From the NCBI GenBank assembly GCA_964356125.1, contig CAYHHH010000001.1, positions 1,197 through 65,196 on the forward strand: DNA of 64,000 bases. The letters are read 5' to 3'. This DNA is from an uncultured Bifidobacteriaceae bacterium (lineage in GTDB: Bacteria > Acidobacteriota > Vicinamibacteria > Vicinamibacterales > JAMQPK01). Made by a program: the position numbers and the translations under genes. Below the pieces are notes generated by a model that did no database searches, was not told the origin of the DNA, and worked only from the letters and a program-made list of their open reading frames with translations. Shown piece by piece: positions 27,583-35,306 of the stretch (within the stretch, counting starts at the first letter, position 1; each line of letters begins with the position of its first letter).

Positions 27583-28202
27583 CGAGACATCTGATTCGGA
27601 TAGCTGGGGTTTTTACGGTTTTTGCGCTGCTGTCGCTGGCCGTGCCCTTGCCGCACGTCGAGGAACTGCGGGAGGACTTGTCCGCCGTAGCGCTGGGCGC
27701 GAAGGCGGAGGCGGCCCGCCACCCCAACGCGGCTGCCGCGTTGGGGGCCCCGGCGCAATCGCCGGCGTGCGACCCGAAGCCGAAACCGGCGAACCTGAAT
27801 TTCGTGCTGAAAGACTCGGCCGGCCGCGACTACAACCTGGCGGCGCAGAAGGGGAAAGTGATTCTGCTCGACTTCTGGGCGACGTGGTGCCCGCCGTGCA
27901 AGGTGGAAATCCCCTGGTTCGTCGAGTTCCAGGAGACATACGGCCCGAAGGGTTTCATCGTCATCGGCGTGTCGGTCGACGATCCGGCGTCGGCGCTCAG
28001 GCCGTTCGGCGAGAAGTACAAGGTGAACTATCCGCTGCTGGTGGGGGACGGCCGCAACGACATCAAGGGGCCGCGCGGCTACAACGCCGCGTGGGGGCTG
28101 CCAAAAACGTTCGTGATCGGACGCGACGGCAACATCTGCAAGACGCACATCGGCCTGTCGGTCAAAGAACATTTCGAGCAGCAGATTAAATCGCTGTTAT
28201 AG
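27579..28202 (+). CDS. TlpA/ResA-family thiol-disulfide oxidoreductase
   Basis: ATGA overlap with the anti-sigma stop. TM anchor, FWATWCPPCKVEIP active site and a thioredoxin fold. Confidence 0.9.
   Translation: MTRHLIRIAGVFTVFALLSLAVPLPHVEELREDLSAVALGAKAEAARHPNAAAALGAPAQSPACDPKPKPANLNFVLKDSAGRDYNLAAQKGKVILLDFWATWCPPCKVEIPWFVEFQETYGPKGFIVIGVSVDDPASALRPFGEKYKVNYPLLVGDGRNDIKGPRGYNAAWGLPKTFVIGRDGNICKTHIGLSVKEHFEQQIKSLL
27722..27746. repeat. hairpin inside tlpA identical to the reverse complement of 14016-14040
   Basis: CCCCAACGCGG-CTG-CCGCGTTGGGG. In frame, encoding PNAAAALG. Confidence 0.8.
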
Positions 28203-28217
28203 TAGGCTCAGAATCCA

Positions 28218-28442
28218 ATGCAGAAAGGGTTTACGCACGCACGCCTCGCCTGTGGTTGCCGCGTGGAATTTCGCGACGGCGTCGGCGGCAGCCCCTACAC
28301 GGTGTTCGTCGCGGACAAGGCGCCGGCGTGCCAGATGAATCTGCACGTGCGCAATCTCGCCATCTACGACTACCGCGAGGCGCTGCGCCCCTCGACGCGC
28401 ATCCACCCCGCCGAGCACGAAGACTTCGAAGAAGAAAACTAA
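28218..28442 (+). CDS. hypothetical small protein (74 aa)
   Basis: Coding-like third-position G+C, 15 nt downstream of tlpA. No recognisable family and no clear SD. Confidence 0.4.
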   Translation: MQKGFTHARLACGCRVEFRDGVGGSPYTVFVADKAPACQMNLHVRNLAIYDYREALRPSTRIHPAEHEDFEEEN

Positions 28443-28444
28443 GA

Positions 28445-28496
28445 CCTGATCTGTGTAACTACTGATCTAGGGATCTAGATATCTATTGATCTAAAG
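28445..28496. repeat. 8-nt-period array, GATCTA family (left flank of the decayed four-helix-bundle gene)
   Basis: CTGATCTG TGTAACTA CTGATCTA GGGATCTA GATATCTA TTGATCTA. Confidence 0.85.
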
Positions 28497-28517
28497 AGCT
28501 TTGCAGTTTCCGCGAAG

Positions 28518-28972
28518 ATGCAGTGCGGAAACTGCACTGTCGTTCCGCGCCCGCCAAAATCCCTTAGGCAATTCTTTCGAACGGCAGGCATGGTCAGTGC
28601 ACTCGTGCGGGCTATGGCTGATGCTATCGATCTCATCGGACGCGCGCAAAAGTACGCGGTGGCTGCGTTCGACTTCTACGAGAGGTTTTCGCCGTCTTCT
28701 GCGGGGCACCACGCCGTTAGGCAGTTCTACCGCGCTTCTTCATCTGCAACATCGAACTACTGCGCCGCGAAACGGGGTCGCTCGCCGGCGGAGTTCATAT
28801 CGAAGCTCGGTACCTGTTGTCTGAAGCTGAACAGTTGCGGAGGATTTGGGGTGCTTCGCTGGGCACCGCTCGTCGAAATGAACACGCGCGTCAGCGGCGG
28901 CTGAAGGATGAGCGATCGAAGCGGCGACGCCAGAAGCCATCGAAGTCGCGAAGATACCCGGATCCTACGTAG
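28518..28972 (+). pseudogene. decayed four-helix-bundle (23S-IVS family) gene
   Basis: ...RASSSATSNYCAAKRGRSPAEFISKLG matches the RSxTSxxANYxxAxxxRSxAEFISKL core of the family. Downstream helices are lost. The family-like C-terminus (EAEQLRRIWGASLGTARRN) is readable only in the +1 frame up to the TAG at 28970. Confidence 0.55.
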
Positions 28973-29007
28973 ATCAGTAGATCTCTAGATCAGTAGATCT
29001 CTAGATA
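28960..29007. repeat. 8-nt-period array, GATCTA family (right flank)
   Basis: (TAGATCAG TAGATCTC)x2 TAGATA. Complementary to the left flank. Confidence 0.85.
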
Positions 29008-29016
29008 CACCGAAGC

Positions 29017-29745
29017 CTATTCGAATCCGACCGTGAGTTCCGCGAGGAACGGTAAATGGTCCGACGCCATCATCGATTTCCGCGTGCGCGGAATCTCGAT
29101 GCCGGCGATCTCGACCTGTCCCTCGTAATAGATGTGATCGAGATGCAGGAAGGGCAGGATGCCCGGATAGGTGCGCTTGCGCTTCAGATGCACGCTGAGG
29201 TCGATGGCCTGCAGCTTCGACGTCAGCGCCGCGGTGGCGAGGCCGCGGCTCCATTCGTTGAAATCGCCGAGCAGGATTTTCGGCGGCGGGATGCGGCCGT
29301 CGTGCACGATCGCCGCGAGGCGATCGGCCTGGTCTTTCCGCTCGCGATAGGCGGTGCCGAGGTGCACGTTGAAGAGATGCAGCGTCCGGTCGTCGACGAG
29401 AATGTCGGCGCGCTGGCAGCAGCGCGGCTCGCACGTGCGCCACGACAGGTCGTACTGCACGTGCTGCCTGATGGGGTAGTGCGACAGGACGACGTTGCCG
29501 AACTGGTGGCCGCGCAGATGGCGCACCGACGCCATCACCCATCCCATGCCCAGCGCCGCGCCGATCTCCTCGGCGTGCCCCGAGTCGTTCGGCCCCGCGC
29601 CAATCACTTCCTGCAGCGCGATGACGTCGGCTTTGAGGCCCGCGAGGACGTCGATGGCGCGCTGCGGCACGGTGCGCCCGTCCATGCCGCGGCAGCGATG
29701 AATGTTGTAGGTGACGATTCTGAGGGTCTTGCGATGCAAGGCCAT
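29017..29745 (-). CDS. endonuclease/exonuclease/phosphatase (EEP) family protein
   Basis: LRIVTYNIHRCRG...DVIALQEV...GDFNEW...SDHLP motif series. Confidence 0.85.
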   Translation of the reverse strand: MALHRKTLRIVTYNIHRCRGMDGRTVPQRAIDVLAGLKADVIALQEVIGAGPNDSGHAEEIGAALGMGWVMASVRHLRGHQFGNVVLSHYPIRQHVQYDLSWRTCEPRCCQRADILVDDRTLHLFNVHLGTAYRERKDQADRLAAIVHDGRIPPPKILLGDFNEWSRGLATAALTSKLQAIDLSVHLKRKRTYPGILPFLHLDHIYYEGQVEIAGIEIPRTRKSMMASDHLPFLAELTVGFE

Positions 29746-30062
29746 CAGTCGAGGTCGAAGTCGCGTGTCGGCTTCGTGATGGGTTCTTCCTTCGCCTGTT
29801 TCAGCGCCTCTTCAAAACGCTTCGAGAGCGCGTCGCCTTTCGTGCGTTCCGTGTTGAACGACTGCTCGAAGGCGGCGTCCCGGCGGGCTTTCGCGTCGGC
29901 GAGGATCCGCTGGGCGTCGTTCAGCTCGATCTCGAGGCCCGAAGACGGCTCGCTGTGTGAGATGACCCGTCCCAGGTTCAAATCGACGACCAGCACGGCA
30001 TGACAGCACGGACAGACGATTTCGCGCTCGGATTGCAGTCGCGCCGAATCCTTCTTAGCCAC
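29745..30062 (-). CDS. hypothetical small protein with CPCC motif and charged helical tail
   Basis: GTG 30062 chosen. The longer ATG 30170 form would begin with array-encoded GALGALGALGAS. ATGA overlap with the EEP gene start. Confidence 0.45.
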   Translation of the reverse strand: MAKKDSARLQSEREIVCPCCHAVLVVDLNLGRVISHSEPSSGLEIELNDAQRILADAKARRDAAFEQSFNTERTKGDALSKRFEEALKQAKEEPITKPTRDFDLD

Positions 30063-30079
30063 GAAGCGATCATACTGCC

Positions 30080-30146
30080 ACGCCGCACCTGACGCACCCA
30101 ACGCCCCCAACGCCCCCAACGCACCTAACGCACCTGACGCACCAAG
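30080..30146 (+). repeat. 9-nt-period array, ACGCACC family
   Basis: ACGCACCTG ACGCACCCA ACGCCCCCA ACGCCCCCA ACGCACCTA ACGCACCTG ACGCACC. Confidence 0.9.
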
Positions 30147-30880
30147 AAGTGTCTGGGAATCGAGGTCCATTTCTCGCGCCCTTCGTAGAACAGCGGCTTG
30201 CGGTCGGGATGTGACTCTTTGAACGCGCGATATCGCGCCCGGAAATCGCGGAACCTCGCGTCTGACATCCGCAGCGGCTGGTGCTGCGTGTCGAGCAGCA
30301 TGCGCTCCACCTTCCACACGTTCCTGTCGGAGAGCCGCCAGTCGTAGTGGCCCATCACGCGCAGGTCGACCAGCGCGAACGCTTCGATACGGCCGGTGAG
30401 ATCCACGTACGTGTCGAGGTAGCTCGCCGCGAGCGCGCGCGGCGTGGCGAAGACCGGCTTGCGCCCGTGCAGCCCCGGATCGCGCGAGCGCGCGACGGAC
30501 CCCCAGAAAAGGGGACGGGAATCTTTTTCGCCCGTTCGTTTCGAAAAAGATTCCCGTCCCCTTTTCTGATACACAAAGATCACGTGATCCAGCTCATCGA
30601 TCGACTCGAAGCTGATGACGAGCGGAGGATAGCCGTGCTGTTCGAGCACCGTCGCGGCGAAGAGCGCCGCCTCGAGGCAATGCGCCGTGTGACGCTGGAC
30701 GACCCCGCGGAAGCTGCGCAGCGTGGCGCGGCCGGGGGGCGGCTCGGTGTTGTACGGAAGCGCGTTCAGGTACCGCTGCACGTCGAGCGGCGTACGCAGC
30801 CGCGCGATCAGCCGGCGTTCAGCTGGTGTGAATGTCAGAGCAGCCGCTCGAGTTCGGCGACCAGTTCTGCGGGTGTCCAC
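30125..30880 (-). CDS. putative transglutaminase-like cysteine peptidase fold protein
   Basis: Candidate Cys-His-Asp arrangement (TAHCLEAALFA...DHVIFVY...D). Contains a 27-bp perfect palindrome in frame. The 5' end overlaps the SCO1 gene by 46 nt, so the start is uncertain. Confidence 0.55.
   Translation of the reverse strand: MDTRRTGRRTRAAALTFTPAERRLIARLRTPLDVQRYLNALPYNTEPPPGRATLRSFRGVVQRHTAHCLEAALFAATVLEQHGYPPLVISFESIDELDHVIFVYQKRGRESFSKRTGEKDSRPLFWGSVARSRDPGLHGRKPVFATPRALAASYLDTYVDLTGRIEAFALVDLRVMGHYDWRLSDRNVWKVERMLLDTQHQPLRMSDARFRDFRARYRAFKESHPDRKPLFYEGREKWTSIPRHFLVRQVR
30504..30568. repeat. 27-bp perfect inverted repeat with 11-nt loop inside the transglutaminase-like CDS
   Basis: Left arm CAGAAAAGGGGACGGGAATCTTTTTCG (30504-30530), right arm CGAAAAAGATTCCCGTCCCCTTTTCTG (30542-30568). 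In frame. Confidence 0.95.
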
Positions 30881-31686
30881 TCGGCTCCAGAGTAGCTCTT
30901 CACGATTTTTCCGTGTCTGTCCACGACGGTCGTGCGCAGCGTGTGGCCGATCTCATCCGGGTTGGCAGCTTCGCCGCGCACGAGCGTCAGGAGCAGGCTC
31001 GACGCAAAGCGATCGATCTCGTCGCGATCGCCCGTGGCGAACGTCCACACCTTTGCGTCGGCGCCGAGCTTTCGCGCGTGCGCGTTGAGCACCGGCGGCG
31101 TGTCGTTCTTCGGGTCGAAGCTGATCGACAGCAACCCGGTCTTCCCCTCGAGCCCTTTGTCCTTGATCAGCGCCTGCGCTTCGGCGAATTGCCGATCCAT
31201 GGCCGGACAGAAGGTCGGGATCGGGCACCTGGTGTAGATGAAGGTGACGGCGAGCGGGCGACCGCCGCGAATGCTGTTGAAGTCGCGCGCGCGGCCGTCC
31301 TCGTCGACGAACGCCTGGTTCGGCACTTCGTCGCCCGGCATCAGATATTTGACGCCCGGCGGTGCGGGTCCGGCCGGCGCAGGCACGTCGGGCTTCGCCG
31401 TGCCGACCTTGGTGATCTTCGTGACCACGCCCTGATTGTCCTCGACGACGATCTCGCTCGTGATGAGGTCGCCCGGGCCGATGTTGTCGAGCATGTTCGC
31501 CGTCTTCACCTTCCACGGCATGGTCATGGCGGCCATCAGGCCGGGAATCTCCTCGTGCTTGACGAGAATTTCCATCTTGTCGCGGTTCACGCCCAGAATC
31601 TGGCCGCGCATTTCGTAGGTTTTTGCGCTGCTGCACGATGCAGCAGTGAGGAGCGCCGCGAGGAGGGCCAGAACCCGGAGTTTCAT
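30835..31686 (-). CDS. SCO1/SenC-family copper chaperone lipoprotein with N-terminal CusF-like copper-binding domain
   Basis: Lipobox LLTAASCS. Met-rich GLMAAMTMPWKV domain. SCO-type FIYTRCPIPTFCP thioredoxin-fold domain. Confidence 0.85.
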   Translation of the reverse strand: MKLRVLALLAALLTAASCSSAKTYEMRGQILGVNRDKMEILVKHEEIPGLMAAMTMPWKVKTANMLDNIGPGDLITSEIVVEDNQGVVTKITKVGTAKPDVPAPAGPAPPGVKYLMPGDEVPNQAFVDEDGRARDFNSIRGGRPLAVTFIYTRCPIPTFCPAMDRQFAEAQALIKDKGLEGKTGLLSISFDPKNDTPPVLNAHARKLGADAKVWTFATGDRDEIDRFASSLLLTLVRGEAANPDEIGHTLRTTVVDRHGKIVKSYSGAEWTPAELVAELERLL

Positions 31687-31714
31687 ACGTTAATGCTATG
31701 CTTTCTGTGAATCT

Positions 31715-33376
31715 ATGAGCAAAGGGAAAACCCGTCGTATCGAAGTCATGGATACGACGCTTCGCGATGGCGAGCAGGCCGAAGGCATCTCGATGATGCC
31801 CGAGGAGAAGCGCACCATCGCCCAGCGCCTGCTCGAGGTCGTCAAGGTCGATCGCATCGAGGTCGCGTCCGCGCGCGTCAGCGAAGGCGAGCGCCGCGCC
31901 GTGAAGACAATCGTGGACTACGCCGACTCGAAGGGGTGGACCGATCGCGTCGAGATCCTGGGGTTCGTCGATGGCACCCGATCCGTCGACTGGGCAAAGT
32001 CGGTGGGCGCGCGCGTCATCAACCTGTTGACGAAGGGCTCGCTGCATCACTGCCGCGAGCAGTTGAAAAAAACGCACGAGCAGCACCTCGACGACATCCG
32101 CAGGACGATCGAGTACGGCGCGAAGAACGGCATCACGTTCAACGTGTATCTCGAGGACTGGTCGGGCGGCATGATCGGCTGCGTCGACTACGTCGACGAG
32201 CACATCGACGCGCTCCTCGAGCTGCCGGTGAAGCGCATTCTGCTGCCCGACACGCTCGGTTTGCTGTCGCCATTGCAGGTGCGCGAGTTCGTCGGGCGCA
32301 TCATCGCGAAATTCCCGGACAGCCATTTCGATTTCCACGGGCACAACGATTACGGCCTCGGCACCGCGAACACGCTCGAAGCGGCGATCGCCGGGGCGCA
32401 CGGCGTGCACGTCACCGTGAACGGCATGGGCGAGCGCGCCGGCAACGTGACGCTCGACGAAGTCGTGGTGGCGCTGCGCGATCACGCCGGCATCAGGACA
32501 TCGGTCGACGAGCGTGCGCTGTCGGACGTGAGCAGGCTCGTCGAGGTGTTCTCCGGCCGCCGCGTGCCGCCAAACAAGCCGATCGTCGGCGAAAACGTGT
32601 TCACGCAGACGGCCGGCATCCACGCCGACGGCGACATGAAGGGCAACCTCTACGAAAGCCGCCTCACGCCGGTGCGATTCGGCCAGCACCGCACGTATGC
32701 GATGGGCAAGCTGATGGGGAAGGCGAGCCTCGACTTCAATCTCGAGCGCCTCAACATCACGCTCTCGCCCGAGCAGAAACAGCAGCTCGTGGCGCGCATC
32801 GTCGAGCTCGGCGATCAGAAGAAGAGCGTCACGCAGTCGGATCTCCCGTTCCTCATTTCAGAGATCCTGCAGACCCGCGACCTGCGCGTGTTCGAAGTGA
32901 AGGATTACTCCGTCGTCAGCAATCGCGGCCTGCGGCCGACGGCGACGCTGCTGGTTCGGTACCGCGACAAAGAGCTTCACGCCACCGGCTCGGGCGACGG
33001 CGGCTACGACGCCTTCATGCAGGCGTTGAAGAGCATCGAGAAGCAGCTCGGCTTCGCGCTGCCGAAGCTGCTCGATTACGAGGTCAGAATCCCGCCGGGC
33101 GGCAAGACCGACGCCCTGGTGGAGACCACTATCAAGTGGGAAGGCGGCATGAAGACCCGCGGCGTGCACAGCGATCAGCTGGCGGCGGCGATTCAGGCCA
33201 CGGAACATGCACTCAACATGATTGCACTGAGAAGCGCACCCAATCATCAGGGGCAAAGGGTAAGGGGCAAGGGGCAACGTGTTACCCCTCACCCCTCTCC
33301 CCTCACCCCTATCTCAAAACAGAGGATCCATGGCACAACTGGGCACAAAAAAATCGCTGACGCTCGCCGCGGCTAA
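31715..33376 (+). CDS. citramalate / 2-isopropylmalate synthase family enzyme (CimA-like)
   Basis: MDTTLRDGEQ, FHGHNDYGLGTAN, and a C-terminal LeuA-dimer regulatory domain. The last 42 or so codons run through a heptamer palindrome and overlap the next gene. Confidence 0.9.
   Translation: MSKGKTRRIEVMDTTLRDGEQAEGISMMPEEKRTIAQRLLEVVKVDRIEVASARVSEGERRAVKTIVDYADSKGWTDRVEILGFVDGTRSVDWAKSVGARVINLLTKGSLHHCREQLKKTHEQHLDDIRRTIEYGAKNGITFNVYLEDWSGGMIGCVDYVDEHIDALLELPVKRILLPDTLGLLSPLQVREFVGRIIAKFPDSHFDFHGHNDYGLGTANTLEAAIAGAHGVHVTVNGMGERAGNVTLDEVVVALRDHAGIRTSVDERALSDVSRLVEVFSGRRVPPNKPIVGENVFTQTAGIHADGDMKGNLYESRLTPVRFGQHRTYAMGKLMGKASLDFNLERLNITLSPEQKQQLVARIVELGDQKKSVTQSDLPFLISEILQTRDLRVFEVKDYSVVSNRGLRPTATLLVRYRDKELHATGSGDGGYDAFMQALKSIEKQLGFALPKLLDYEVRIPPGGKTDALVETTIKWEGGMKTRGVHSDQLAAAIQATEHALNMIALRSAPNHQGQRVRGKGQRVTPHPSPLTPISKQRIHGTTGHKKIADARRG
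33250..33310. repeat. palindromic heptamer array, GGGGCAA / CCCCTCA family
   Basis: GGGGCAAAGGGTAAGGGGCAAGGGGCAACGTGTTACCCCTCACCCCTCTCCCCTCACCCCT, inside the 3' end of the cimA-like ORF. Confidence 0.9.
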
Positions 33377-33749
33377 GGAAATCGGAAACGCCGCGGAGGC
33401 CAAGGCCCGCGAACTGAACTTCACCAACTCGATTGCCGTCCTGGACGACGGCGGCAACCTGATCTATCAGGTGACGATGGACGGGACGCAGATGGGCAGC
33501 ATCAACGTCGCGGTGCAGAAAGCGCTCGCGGCGCTTCGATTCAAGCGCTCGACGAAGCTCTTCCAGGACATGGTGACCGGCGACAAACCGCACATGGCGT
33601 TTCTGCCGGGCGCGGTGCCGGTCGAAGGCGGGCTGCCGCTGTTCGTGGACGGACAGATCTACGGTGCGATCGGCGTCAGCGGCATGCCGTCCGACAAAGA
33701 CGGCATCGTCGCGCAGGCGGGCGCCGACCTCGCGGCGACGCTGCGGTGA
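33330..33749 (+). CDS. GlcG/HbpS-like heme-binding protein (DUF336)
   Basis: ATG 33330 after AGAGGA. Motifs IAVLDDGGNL...GAIGVSGMPSDKDG. Confidence 0.85.
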   Translation: MAQLGTKKSLTLAAAKEIGNAAEAKARELNFTNSIAVLDDGGNLIYQVTMDGTQMGSINVAVQKALAALRFKRSTKLFQDMVTGDKPHMAFLPGAVPVEGGLPLFVDGQIYGAIGVSGMPSDKDGIVAQAGADLAATLR

Positions 33750-33785
33750 GACGCCGGGCTTTGGACCCGCCTCTACTTTATAAAG

Positions 33786-33814
33786 TTGACAGCCCCTCCG
33801 AACCGGTCTATTTT
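33786..33814 (+). promoter_or_regulatory. sigma-70-type promoter of the RRM gene
   Basis: TTGACA, a 17-nt spacer, then TATTTT. Implies a leader of about 75 nt containing the REP-like hairpin. Confidence 0.5.
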
Positions 33815-33858
33815 TCCGCCTTCCCGATAGATGCAGTTCCAACCATCTCACCACAACG

Positions 33859-33882
33859 GTAGTGTCCGCCTTCAGGCGGACC
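33859..33882 (+). repeat. REP-like hairpin in the RRM gene leader
   Basis: GTAGTGTCCGCC-TTCA-GGCGGACC, immediately before the SD GAGGAG. Confidence 0.65.
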
Positions 33883-33895
33883 GAGGAGCGGATAA

Positions 33896-34258
33896 ATGGG
33901 CCGTAGGCTGTACGTCGGCAATCTTCCCTACAAGGCGACCGATGAAGAACTGACCACGCTGTTCAGTACCGTGGGCGATGTCGCCAGCGCCCGCGTCATG
34001 CGGGACATGGCCACGGGGCGCGCGCGCGGTTTCGGATTCGTGGAAATGACCACTGACGAAGCGGCGGCAAAGGCCATCGAGAAGCTGCATCAGCACCAGA
34101 TGGATGGTCGCGCCATCGTGGTGAACGAGGCGCAGCCGAAACCGGCCGGCGGCGGCCGCGGCTTCGGCGGCGGTGGTGGCGGCGGCTTCAACCGCGGCGG
34201 CGGCGGCGGCGGCGACGACTACGGCGGCGGCGGTGGGCGTAGGGAACCGCGCTGGTAA
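33896..34258 (+). CDS. RNA-binding protein, RRM domain with glycine-rich tail
   Basis: RNP2 LYVGNL and RNP1 RGFGFVEM. GGGRGFGGGGGGG tail ending GGRREPRW. Confidence 0.9.
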   Translation: MGRRLYVGNLPYKATDEELTTLFSTVGDVASARVMRDMATGRARGFGFVEMTTDEAAAKAIEKLHQHQMDGRAIVVNEAQPKPAGGGRGFGGGGGGGFNRGGGGGGDDYGGGGGRREPRW

Positions 34259-34264
34259 ATCTCG

Positions 34265-34326
34265 AATTGGTAGATTGCCTGATTGGAAGATTGGTAGATC
34301 CCCAATCCCTAATCCCAAATCCCTAG
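34265..34326. repeat. palindromic array, GATTGG / CCAATCC family
   Basis: GAATTGGTAGATTGCCTGATTGGAAGATTGGTAGATC | CCCAATCCCTAATCCCAAATCCCTAGG. 34300-34316 is identical to 39098-39114. Confidence 0.85.
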
Positions 34327-35306
34327 GTAACGCGACAGTGCAACGTCAGGAAGCGCACAATTTCCCGCTCCGCCCAGTACCCGTCGTAGCCCGGGCGTGA
34401 TGCTTCGACGAATCCGCAGTGCCCGCCGTGCGGGGTGAGCTTCAGCGTGATGTTCCGGTTGCGCGCGACGAGGGGATCCGTGAATGGGCCGGGTGGCACG
34501 AACGGATCGTCGTCGGCGGTGATGATCAACGCCGGGACGCCGATCTTGTCGATGACGCGCATCGCGCTCGCACGCTGATAGTAGTCGGCCGCATCCTGAA
34601 ACCCGTGAAACGGCGCCGTGTACGCCTCGTCGAACTGGCGGATCGATGTGATGCGGCCGAGCGCATCGAGCTTCCATTTGCCCGGCCACGCCGCGGCTTT
34701 GCGGCGTATGCGGCGCTTCAGGTTTCTGACGAAGTGCCACTGATAAATCGCGTTCTGCTTTTCTTCGAGCGCATCGACGCACACCGCCAGATCCATCGTG
34801 GGTGACACCGCGCAGACGGCGCACAGCTCTTTCGGAGGCGCGGCGCCGTAGTCGCCGGCCAGCTTCAGCGTGAGATTGCCGCCGAGCGAATAGCCCGCAA
34901 TCGCGAACGCCTTCAGTCCATCGACCTCGACAAGCTCGCGCATCACCGCAATCGGATCGCCGGTGAGCCCCGAGTGATAAAGGCTGTCCGACAGATGCTC
35001 GGTCGCGCCGCAGTTGCGCTGATTCAGCCGGACGGCGTTGAAGCCGGCAGCGAACGCTTTGTCCGCGAGGCCGCGCACGTAATGCGCGTCGCTCGAGCTT
35101 TCGAGGCCGTGCAGCGCGATGAGCGTCGGATGCTCCCATGGCCGCGGCTGCCAGTGGCAGTGAGCCATCACGCGCGTGCCCGGAGCCACGTCGAACAACC
35201 GGGGTTGAGCGGGCGGCAGCGCGGGGAACGTGCGCGACGATCCCCACGCGTACAACGTCATCCAGTGGCCCCCCTTCCAGCGGGGGAGGGGGGTGAATTC
35301 GCTCAT
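34323..35306 (-). CDS. alpha/beta hydrolase (YheT-like)
   Basis: Internal ATG 35306 in an ATGA overlap with the upstream stop. HGLESSS, GYSLGGN nucleophile elbow and HGGHCGF. Confidence 0.85.
   Translation of the reverse strand: MSEFTPLPRWKGGHWMTLYAWGSSRTFPALPPAQPRLFDVAPGTRVMAHCHWQPRPWEHPTLIALHGLESSSDAHYVRGLADKAFAAGFNAVRLNQRNCGATEHLSDSLYHSGLTGDPIAVMRELVEVDGLKAFAIAGYSLGGNLTLKLAGDYGAAPPKELCAVCAVSPTMDLAVCVDALEEKQNAIYQWHFVRNLKRRIRRKAAAWPGKWKLDALGRITSIRQFDEAYTAPFHGFQDAADYYQRASAMRVIDKIGVPALIITADDDPFVPPGPFTDPLVARNRNITLKLTPHGGHCGFVEASRPGYDGYWAEREIVRFLTLHCRVT

Noticed and set aside
29745-30317. Long forms of ORFs that start inside arrays or upstream genes: 29745-30317 with GALGALGALGAS, 33279 start for the glcG-like gene, 38299-39627, 9414-10940, 10517-11968, 34323-35645, 22094-22819.
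   Set aside because: The family-homologous parts begin at internal starts that coincide with ATGA/GTGA coupling or SD sites. The upstream extensions are Arg-rich or repeat-derived.
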